DNA from: a virus
Lineage: Duplodnaviria; Caudoviricetes
Direction: 5' to 3' (one strand)
IMG/VR virus record: IMGVR_UViG_2595698902_000001
Coordinates: 128,001 to 192,000 of that record
Length of the DNA stretch: 64,000 nt
Positions 26,608 to 35,062 of the stretch are shown here, in pieces (positions within the stretch are counted from its first letter, which is position 1; every line of letters starts with the position of its first letter). The notes below the pieces were generated by a model, which ran no database searches, was not told the origin of the DNA, and was given only the letters and a program-made list of their open reading frames with translations. A program made the translations under genes and the position numbers.

Positions 26608-28289
26608 ACGTTCATATTGCTGTTGCGGCGGCATCCGCGCCCGGTAGTGCGGACGCATTTATCAAGCTTCTGGTCGCCATTTACAAGGCGCCCGAATACA
26701 ACTACGGCACCAACTTTTGCACCAAAATGCAGAAATGGCTGGAACAAGCGCAGCCCTTTATTGACCATTACAACATGAAGCGCGTATTCGCTAAAACGCT
26801 GAGCCTGTTGGTTGCCGGTGAAGACGTTGCTGACGAGAAATATTCGCTGATTGTTAACGGCTGTTTTGACACGCTGAAAGCCAAGAAAAAGTCGTTTGAT
26901 AAAGACTCCAGCCTGAGCAAACAGCAACTGCAATTCCTGACCGACGTGCGCCTTGCCCGCAACGGTTCGGAAGCGGCGACCAAGCGCCTGATGCAGCACG
27001 CTGGATACTTCAAAGATTCGCATATCTCGAAAATGTTCCTGCATGAAGACGAACACACCGAGACGACCACGCAAGATGCGTTGTATCAGAGGCTTGAAGA
27101 GCATGTGAAAAAGTACGGCAAGGTGAAAGGCAATGTCATGCCGGAAACCGTGCTGGAAGCGTGGCGAGAAAAAGCGAAGAAACTCGGCAACAACCTGACC
27201 GAGCATCAAGAATATCTGGACATGCGCCGCCAGCGTAAAGCCATTGCCGATAAAGCAATTGCCAACATCGTGCGGGCGTCGGGTGAACACATTGTCGATG
27301 TGGATGTAATCCGCAATCAAATGGGCAACGTGCAGTACGATATTCCTGAATGGTTCGTCGGCAAGATGGACGACAAAGGAAACTACTACACGACCGATGG
27401 TTTGCAACTGCTGAATAAACCAGTTGGTGCGGGTTCGATGAACAAGAACTACACGCCGGGTTCCACGGTTTATTACTGCCAGTACAAGGCCCCGTTTGCC
27501 CAATCGACCACGAACGTTTACACAATTGCAGCGCGTACCGAAGGCCGTGTGCAATCGTTCAACATCGTGCAAGACATGCTGCCTGACCTGCAAAAATATG
27601 TGCGGAAATGGCTTCCTGATTTGGCGAAAGGTCCGGGTTCGCTGCGTGGCGTTGCTGCCGCCGTGTGTGAAATCATTTATCAGACCAGTGCGCGTATCGG
27701 TTCGACCCGTGCGGCCACTGCTGGCGAAACCACTTACGGTATTTCCACGCTGCTGCGCAAGCATCTGAATTTCAATGATCAGCGCGTGATCATGAAATAC
27801 TTGGGCAAGAAGGCCGGTGCGCAAAAGCATGTGATCAAATTCAATGATCAACGGACCGAGATTCTGCATGGCGTTCTGGTGGAATTCCTGCACGAATTGA
27901 AACCGGCGAATCATGTGTTTACTTTCCGTGGCAAGCCGCTGTCGAACTCGCAGGTGAACGGCTATCTGCGCGACCTCGGATTCCCCGAAGGATTTACGAT
28001 TCACAAGTTCCGCAAATTGCGGGGTACGGCGATGGCTAAAGCGCTTATGGATAAATGCCCGTTCGGTGCCCGCGCACGCGAAGCCGACGTAAACAAATGG
28101 ATCGAAACTCAGTGCTTGAAAATCGGTAAAGAGCTGGGCCATATGAGCGGGGAAAACGTGACCGCAACTACGGCCATTGCAAACTACATCGACCCGTCTG
28201 TTTTCCTGCCGGTCTACGAGAAAACCAATACTCGCCCGAACAGCAAAATTCAGAAGGCCATTGACCTCGCCACGAAGAGTACAGAATAA
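26604..28289 (+). CDS. DNA topoisomerase IB-like protein with N-terminal extension and leader MNVHIAVA
   Basis: Catalytic motifs ARIG (R), YGISTL, YLGKK (K), HKFRK (R), LGH (H) and NYIDP (Y) of bacterial/poxviral type IB topoisomerases. Confidence 0.8.
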   Translation: MNVHIAVAAASAPGSADAFIKLLVAIYKAPEYNYGTNFCTKMQKWLEQAQPFIDHYNMKRVFAKTLSLLVAGEDVADEKYSLIVNGCFDTLKAKKKSFDKDSSLSKQQLQFLTDVRLARNGSEAATKRLMQHAGYFKDSHISKMFLHEDEHTETTTQDALYQRLEEHVKKYGKVKGNVMPETVLEAWREKAKKLGNNLTEHQEYLDMRRQRKAIADKAIANIVRASGEHIVDVDVIRNQMGNVQYDIPEWFVGKMDDKGNYYTTDGLQLLNKPVGAGSMNKNYTPGSTVYYCQYKAPFAQSTTNVYTIAARTEGRVQSFNIVQDMLPDLQKYVRKWLPDLAKGPGSLRGVAAAVCEIIYQTSARIGSTRAATAGETTYGISTLLRKHLNFNDQRVIMKYLGKKAGAQKHVIKFNDQRTEILHGVLVEFLHELKPANHVFTFRGKPLSNSQVNGYLRDLGFPEGFTIHKFRKLRGTAMAKALMDKCPFGARAREADVNKWIETQCLKIGKELGHMSGENVTATTAIANYIDPSVFLPVYEKTNTRPNSKIQKAIDLATKSTE

Positions 28290-28290
28290 A

Positions 28291-28569
28291 ATGAAAATCA
28301 TGCTCGCTACTGCCGCCGAACCTGTTTACTCGGTTGATAAACTACCGAAAGGCTCCAAAGTTATCGGCTACGAAGTTTACCGCCAAGGCACTAAAAACCT
28401 GCTGGGCAAAGGCGCTGCCGGTACTGCGAAACAGGCAATTAAACGTATCGATTTTCATGCGAATACCGGCATGACGGTTGACCTTGCGATTATCGCAATG
28501 GACGGCGAACACAAAATCAGCTTAACAGAAGCGTACAAGCTGAAAGATACCGGTGCCGTAAAAGTTTAA
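28291..28569 (+). CDS. hypothetical protein with leader MKIMLATA
   Basis: ATG directly after the topoisomerase stop; shared leader. Confidence 0.7.
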   Translation: MKIMLATAAEPVYSVDKLPKGSKVIGYEVYRQGTKNLLGKGAAGTAKQAIKRIDFHANTGMTVDLAIIAMDGEHKISLTEAYKLKDTGAVKV

Positions 28570-28596
28570 TCAATTCGCCCCGAAGAGCAAAAGCAA

Positions 28597-28983
28597 ATGG
28601 ACATATACGAAAACGGCGTATGTATTGGTCATGCTGATGAACCGGGTGAACGCGGGCCTGCTGGTGTGGCCGGTATGCCGGGGGCAGATTGGAATGAGGG
28701 GAAGGGCGGCGACAGAGGCCCGTGCGGTCCTGACTGTCACGCGAAATGCAAATGTCGTAAACGCTACGATGTTCTGCTAATTAGCGGCGAAGAGTACGGA
28801 CGCATGATGGCCAAGAAAATGATCGCCGCCATGCAGGAACAAGGCACAGGAATTCACGGTCGGGATTTCGGTCCTGCCGGTCCGTTAGGGATGACTGCCG
28901 CAGATGCAAAACATCATTTGCCGTGGTACGTAGAGCATAATATGCGTGCGCAGCGGCGTGCGCAGAGGAATAAAAAGGTATGA
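28597..28983 (+). CDS. hypothetical protein with short Gly-X-Y stretch and Cys cluster
   Basis: GERGPAGVAGMPGA...CGPDCHAKCKC. Confidence 0.55.
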   Translation: MDIYENGVCIGHADEPGERGPAGVAGMPGADWNEGKGGDRGPCGPDCHAKCKCRKRYDVLLISGEEYGRMMAKKMIAAMQEQGTGIHGRDFGPAGPLGMTAADAKHHLPWYVEHNMRAQRRAQRNKKV

Positions 28984-29894
28984 AAATCCAACTGGCACTC
29001 GCCAAGGATCAAGGCTTTGCATTTCACGGCACTAGCTACCGAAATGCAGCCGCGATTATTGAAACCGACAAGCTGCAACTGTCGCAGGTTGCAGGCAAGG
29101 AAGCAGAAGCGCAATTCGCTAAGCATCCTTTCTTTTTGAGTGTGCGTCGCAACCGCCAACTGACTGCGACGAATTTTTATGATGTGACTATCGAATTCAA
29201 AGAGCAGGCGCTGCAATCGCGTATGCAACGGGAATCGGTGGATTACTGGGGCCACGTCGAAGGCAAAGGCAACAGCATCGAACAGGAAGACCGTTATTAC
29301 TACGCGAAACCTATTCTGAAAAACGCTGTTAAACTGATCCGTGCCTTGCATATCAACCTGAACAATTATGATCCGGCGCGTATCGGCTCCGCCATGCGTA
29401 AAATGATCGTGACTGCAAAGAAACTCGGCATTCAGGTTTATCTGTACCGCGACGAAAAAGCCTACAACCGCGTAGACAAGCGCAAGACTGTGCCTCTTTC
29501 CGAAATGGAATACGGTCCAAAAGCCGCGAACATTTTCCGCGAACGAACTGCCGAAGAGGCGGAGCGCGAAGCAGAAGATCAAATGTTCAAAGGTATGCGC
29601 TACAAGCGCGCCCAGTACCCGGAAATCAAGTTCGTTGTGGATATCCTGCACAGCGGTACGGCACCGGAAAACAAAGAAGCGAAATATCAGACCGAACGCT
29701 TTGGCTATCGCCTGTCCGGCCATGAACTTGCTTCGCAGCTGGGCAACATCCTGCATAATGCTTCCCATAGCCCGCACGGCAAAGAGAAACAGTGGGCTGC
29801 ACGCGTTCAAGAATGGATGCGCAAGAATGGGAAAAACGTGGAAGAAACCGCGTACCATATTCGCGAGATTATCCAGCAGAGGGATGGCCGATGA
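28980..29894 (+). CDS. ADP-ribosyltransferase-like protein (paralogue 1), leader MKIQLALA
   Basis: FHGT...FFLSVRR...EQEDR gives an H/S/ExE arrangement of the ART fold. Confidence 0.5.
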   Translation: MKIQLALAKDQGFAFHGTSYRNAAAIIETDKLQLSQVAGKEAEAQFAKHPFFLSVRRNRQLTATNFYDVTIEFKEQALQSRMQRESVDYWGHVEGKGNSIEQEDRYYYAKPILKNAVKLIRALHINLNNYDPARIGSAMRKMIVTAKKLGIQVYLYRDEKAYNRVDKRKTVPLSEMEYGPKAANIFRERTAEEAEREAEDQMFKGMRYKRAQYPEIKFVVDILHSGTAPENKEAKYQTERFGYRLSGHELASQLGNILHNASHSPHGKEKQWAARVQEWMRKNGKNVEETAYHIREIIQQRDGR

Positions 29895-30067
29895 TCAAGC
29901 CGATTCGTTTGAGTGACCTTAACAAGATTTACGAGAACGAAACGCCAGAGGAAAAGCAAAAGCGTCTGGAAGCAAATCAGGCGCGGCTTGATCGCTGGGT
30001 TAGCGAATGGAAAGCATTCAGGGAAAAACATCCTGACATTGCTGATCGAATGGTGTGCGCCGCATGA
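29891..30067 (+). CDS. hypothetical small protein
   Basis: ATGA-coupled at both ends; begins MIKPIRLSDLNKIYE. Confidence 0.6.
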   Translation: MIKPIRLSDLNKIYENETPEEKQKRLEANQARLDRWVSEWKAFREKHPDIADRMVCAA

Positions 30068-31011
30068 AAATTCAACTCGCTGTCGCAGGCTCTTCTGTCC
30101 TGTATCACATTACCGAAATGATCAACGCCGTAAGGATTCTGCAAGGGGATAGTTTCATACTGACCCCTACGGCATTGCGCAAGACGGAAATCGTCCACGG
30201 TGGCGGCAAACCTCATTACTTTATGTCGTTTGCTCGCACGCCGCATAACCTGTTCTTCAAAACGAACCAGTCCGGGCGCAACAAAGACTACGTGATTTTT
30301 GTGTGCGACGGGCAGAAACTCGCCTCCAGTTACAAAATCAAACCTGTAGATTTCCTGAGCAATCCAGAATCGGCTGGCGACATTGACGACGAATGGAAGG
30401 GCGGCGACGAAACCGAAGACCGCTTAATCACCACGAAGCACTCCATTCCGGCGATTCGCTATATCAAGGAAATTCACTTTTCCTCCGGTCATGAAGTCGG
30501 TATGACGCCAATGGTTCGCCAGCTGGCGCTGACTGCAAAGCTTCACGATATGAAGCTGTTCCGCTACGAAACTTTTGCCGATTTGATCAAGATGAATCGC
30601 CGAAAAGCTTTGCCTCTGGATATGCGCAAAGCAACGCCGCGCAGACGATTCGGCCAGAAAAAGCGCGATTTTGGCTTGGGGCCTTCTCGCGATTCGCAGC
30701 GGTTCGGCCTCAAAACGTGGTGGCGTGCGCTGAAAATGCCCGTTAAACCCGGCGATAAACAAGCGCAGTTTATGGGCAACACAAAGAATATGGATTCCTA
30801 TTCTTTCCGTGAAGACCTGTGGGAATCCATGTTCGGCGGTGAGGATGGCGGCAAATCCGAGTTCGGCCTAAACATTGCGCGTCGTCGCCTCGGCACCATG
30901 ATTGACACCGGGCGCGCTGATCCATACGGGCAAAAGCTGGTCGAATACATGAAACGCAAAAACATGCAGCCCGCAGAACTCTTCGATCAAATTCGGGATA
31001 GGTGGAAATAA
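30064..31011 (+). CDS. ADP-ribosyltransferase-like protein (paralogue 2), leader MKIQLAVA
   Basis: LYHIT...YFMSFAR...ETEDR. Confidence 0.5.
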   Translation: MKIQLAVAGSSVLYHITEMINAVRILQGDSFILTPTALRKTEIVHGGGKPHYFMSFARTPHNLFFKTNQSGRNKDYVIFVCDGQKLASSYKIKPVDFLSNPESAGDIDDEWKGGDETEDRLITTKHSIPAIRYIKEIHFSSGHEVGMTPMVRQLALTAKLHDMKLFRYETFADLIKMNRRKALPLDMRKATPRRRFGQKKRDFGLGPSRDSQRFGLKTWWRALKMPVKPGDKQAQFMGNTKNMDSYSFREDLWESMFGGEDGGKSEFGLNIARRRLGTMIDTGRADPYGQKLVEYMKRKNMQPAELFDQIRDRWK

Positions 31012-31400
31012 TGAGCAAAGATTCTAGCCGTTATGGCGTTGGTCAGGTTGTCTACATGCACCCGGCGGTCGATTCGCTGACCCCTGAGCAGGTTCAAAAA
31101 CACGGTATCATGGCAAAAGTTGTAGGCGTGAATTTCATGGCTACTGCTGTGTCCTATGAGCTGGCGCTGGATGTTGCAGCACCGGGCGCCGAGCCGCAGT
31201 TCTACGAGCAAATTCCTGTCGCCGCTGTGGATTCGTATTTCGTCGTTAGCGCTGCCGATCTTGCCAATCGCGGCGCCGATGAATATCAATCCTATGCCTC
31301 TTCGCGTACCGAACGCAGCGATAAAGAAATTCGCACCTTTGCTTCGCGGTTCCGCATGATTGAATCCGACTTGGCAGAAATGCGAGGCGGCGCACACTGA
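31011..31400 (+). CDS. hypothetical protein (SH3/KOW-like start)
   Basis: Begins YGVGQVVY; coupled on both sides. Confidence 0.6.
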   Translation: MSKDSSRYGVGQVVYMHPAVDSLTPEQVQKHGIMAKVVGVNFMATAVSYELALDVAAPGAEPQFYEQIPVAAVDSYFVVSAADLANRGADEYQSYASSRTERSDKEIRTFASRFRMIESDLAEMRGGAH

Positions 31401-31759
31401 TGAAAATCCAGCTAGCGGTTGCGTCCACGGCTTTACCTTATGAGGAAGGGCGTTCGCATGATATTAAAATAGGGGATTCCACTATCTCCTACAGCAAAGG
31501 GTACGGCAATGACTACATAGAGTTGGGTAGTTTGCGCACGCCCGCCTCTAAACGTGGGAACGGTAGTGCGCGAAAAGCAATGGTGGAATTCCTGAAAAGA
31601 ACTGACGCCATGCAAATGGACGTGGAACTGCTAGCCTCCCCTTTGGACAAGAAAACCAAAATTGGAAAGCTTGTGGCGTTTTATCAATCTTTTGGATTTG
31701 AATTGACCGGTAGGCACAACATGGCCTACGAGCCTTATATGCGGAGGCCCCATAAGTGA
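31400..31759 (+). CDS. GNAT-family acetyltransferase, leader MKIQLAVA
   Basis: 'LGSLRTPASKRGNGSA...LLASP...LVAFYQSFGF'. Confidence 0.75.
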   Translation: MKIQLAVASTALPYEEGRSHDIKIGDSTISYSKGYGNDYIELGSLRTPASKRGNGSARKAMVEFLKRTDAMQMDVELLASPLDKKTKIGKLVAFYQSFGFELTGRHNMAYEPYMRRPHK

Positions 31760-32208
31760 AAATCCAGCTGGCGGTGGCGACCGCAAAAGTTTATTACCAC
31801 GGCACGAAAAAGAAGTTTGAAAAGTTCTCTGAGTATCGACCGGCGTTCTTTTCACCTAGTTTGGCTTACGCGCAAGAGTATGGGCCTATCATCATGAAAG
31901 CCCATTTGGATATTCGCCATATTTTCGATACGCGCCACGACAAGCGTGCGGTCGAGATTTACAACGAGTATTTCATACCGTCCGGGCTTGCGCATGCGGA
32001 TGTTGAGCCTATCAAACTGGGCGAACCTGTCGATATGCTGCATGCGGATGAATTGTGGTCGTACTTGGCGGTCCCTGAATACCCGGCGCCGCACTACGAC
32101 GGCATTGCCGTTAGCGAACATGGTGTTAGCTCTTTGGGTGACAAATTCAAAGATGCAGATATCGCCTACGTTCCTCTGCATCCACAACAAATCCATTTGG
32201 TGAAATAA
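31756..32208 (+). CDS. ART-PolyVal-like ADP-ribosyltransferase, leader (M)KIQLAVA
   Basis: 'YYHGTKKKFEKF...FFS....AQEYG...YDGI...YVPLHPQQI' matches the ART-PolyVal pattern. Confidence 0.65.
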   Translation: MKIQLAVATAKVYYHGTKKKFEKFSEYRPAFFSPSLAYAQEYGPIIMKAHLDIRHIFDTRHDKRAVEIYNEYFIPSGLAHADVEPIKLGEPVDMLHADELWSYLAVPEYPAPHYDGIAVSEHGVSSLGDKFKDADIAYVPLHPQQIHLVK

Positions 32209-33124
32209 TGAAAATCCAGCTGGCTGTTGCTGGATCGTCCGTGCTCTATCATTTGATCTACATGGAGCACGCGATTACAGCGCTGAAAAACGACAAGTTC
32301 AAACTGGCCCCGGTTAATGAGGGCATCGAATCAGAGTTCGGTACTGCCCAGTATTTCCTGAGTCTGGCGCGTTCTAAGCATTCCGATTACTTCCTAAAAG
32401 AGGCTGGTGATACCCACGTCGTTTTCGTGCTCGACGGGCAGAAAATGAATGCGAATTACCAGATCAAGGCCGTCGATTACTGGCACAAGCAGGCATTCGT
32501 CGATGACGACGAAAAAGAAGATCGCCTGTTCGCAAACAAAATGTACATTCCGTGCATTCGCTACATCAAAGAAATCCACTTCATGAAAGAAAATCCGAAG
32601 TGGAAGGTTAACGACTCGCTAACGCTGGCACTGCTAGCCAAACGTGCTGGGATTCCGCTGTTCCAGTATTCCAGCATGAACGCTTTCCGCATGTTGGATA
32701 AACGCAAGACAATCAAACTTGAAGTTTCTGACAAAAAGAAACGCAAGTTCGGCACCAAAGTTTCCCAACCGTACACGACCGGCGAACTGGAGGCGTGGTA
32801 CGTTGCATCGCAAATTGTTTTTAAAGGCAGCGAAACGCATTACACGCAATACCTGAAAGGCGCCCGCACCAAGCAAGAACAAAGCAGCCGCGATATGATT
32901 GCCCGTCGTATCAAAACGATGATCAGCATGCACGACGTTGGCAGCCAGCCGGTGCGCGATTTCAACCGGCTGCTGGATGCTGCCAAGGAAGGGCCAGACT
33001 ACAATTCCTTGAGAAAATTAAACGTGTCAAACGTAGGCTGCGCGTCGATACCAAAGGCTTTTTGGATTATGTGCGCAAGCGCTGGATGACGCCCGAAGAA
33101 CGCGAACTACATGGACTAGAATAA
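32208..33124 (+). CDS. ADP-ribosyltransferase-like protein (paralogue 3), leader MKIQLAVA; apparent -1 frameshift near 33005
   Basis: LYHLI...YFLSLAR...EKEDR. The -1 frame continues LEKIKRVKRRL...LHGLE* and ends in a TAATG overlap with 33124. Confidence 0.55.
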
Positions 33125-35053
33125 TGCGAATTCAACTCGCAGTAGCGGCGGTGCCTTTGAGTATCGCCCGCCCATACGTCAAAGGATGGAACCGGTTCGG
33201 TATTGGCGTGCAGGCCGTCCGCCGAACCATGCCGAAAGGAACCCGAGGCTATAACAAAGGGTATCGCCTGTATCTGCCGATCAAACCGGGAAAACGACCA
33301 AAAGTTGTGGTGCCGAAATTCATTGATCGAGCTATTTCTTCTGCTGGTTACAGAGTCGAGGATTACATTACCGGCATTGCGGTGGACATGGCCGGTAAGC
33401 GTCGAATAAAAATCGGCAAATTGCTCAAAGACGAAGAGCTGCGCAATCAGTTTGCAAACGACCCGCAGCGCGCTGCATTCAAAAACGATTATGTCTGTGT
33501 GATTTCCGCGCATCCTTACGATGTAATCGGTATGTCTACCGGTCGCCGCTGGGACGATACTTCCTGTATGAGATTGGCGCAGCCGGGTGTGCGCGGTGGC
33601 GCTTTCCAATCCACAGTCAAACACGACGTTGCCGAGGGCACGTTGGTTGCCTACGCGATTTCCCCGAACGATAAAAATATCAACAAACCGCATGGCCGTT
33701 TGTTGATTAAACCGTTCTACGATGAACACCGCAATATTCTGTTCCGCGTAGAAACCACGGTCTATGGTACGCCGGTTCCGGGCTTTGTCGAGACGGTGCA
33801 GCGCTGGCTGAAAAAGGTTAACAAAGACGCAGCGCAAGGCATTTACAAAATTGCGGATGGCCTTTACGACGATGGCGTCGGCGAAGCGTTTATCAACGTT
33901 GACGTAGATAAAAAGTCGGATGCAGAGTTGCTTGATTATTGGCGGAAATCCGACCACGCAGATCGCCGGATGCTGATGCGTTCTGATATTCGCTGGGCAA
34001 AACCTGCAATTCTTTTGACCATTGAGAATAATCAGGACGATCTAGACGGCTTGTCCTACGCGCTTGCGACCGTGTTGACCAGAAGCCATATTCTCTATGA
34101 TCAACCAACCTCCAAAAAGATTGCGAAAATCATAGACGAGGTTATGCCAGAAGACGTTGCACAACAGCTGATGTTGGAAATGCTGTCGCACGGTGGCGAA
34201 AAGGTGGTGAGATATTCCACCAAACTCAAGGCCGCAGCAGACACGTACTATGCGTATGATCCTAACAAGAAATTGCGACTTAGTGTGGCGGTGCAGTACG
34301 CCGCTTATGATCCGCGTTTCCTTGGCAACGTTGAAAGCCTTACTTCCGACGACGCACGCGGTATCTCTGGATTGGCACGGTCGTTTATTCGCGGCTCTTC
34401 CAAAGATACAAAAGAATTCCGCCGCTCCAAAATGGAAGGCTCTAAGCTTCTACGCAGGACGCTGGCTGTAATTGCCGCTGCGCTGATGAAAATTCCAAAG
34501 TCGCACAAAGACAAAGGCGAGCACATTGAGAAAATGGCGCGTTGGTTTAAAACCGACGAATTCTACGACGCTCAAGTGTGGAAAGTTCTACAGACTCGCG
34601 CCCTCGGTATGGTTAGCCGCAGCATCGACATAAGCAGCGGCAACCTCGCTGTCGGTTTGTGTGCTCTTGACGATTCGTGGCCGCGCCAGATTAACGAACT
34701 GGTCGAATCCACCGAGTACATCGAAGAAAGCCCCGAAGCGATGCAAAACGTTTGCAATTGCCGCAACACTGCCGCGCAAGGGCAATTGATCGTTAAGCTT
34801 CAAGCTGGTGGTTATATACGCGATCCCGGCTGGCTGCGCGAACATTCGTACATTATCGGCTTGTTGGAAACCATCGTCAAAGACGAAGATGGCGAATGGG
34901 ATGGCACCCGTATCCAGACAATGGCGCGCAATTCGCTGGATAAACTTGCCAAAGTCGCGCCAGCAAATGGAAGACATTTTCAACGAACTGAAAGACGCCG
35001 GATTTGATGACGAAGAGGACGACGAAAACGGCCTCTTCGATGATGAGGATTAA
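33124..35053 (+). CDS. large leader-bearing protein A (MRIQLAVA) with HPYD/SCMR domain; apparent +1 frameshift near 34951
   Basis: N-terminal domain shared with 35063 and 37797. The +1 frame supplies an acidic tail ending 9 nt before the next gene. Confidence 0.65.
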
Positions 35054-35062
35054 GGGGAACCT

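Noticed and set aside
26604-28289. Integrase/prophage interpretation of the tyrosine-active-site protein
   Set aside because: Motif spacing (RIG, YGISTL, GKK, KFR, YIDP) fits Topo IB better, and no att site or host genes are visible.
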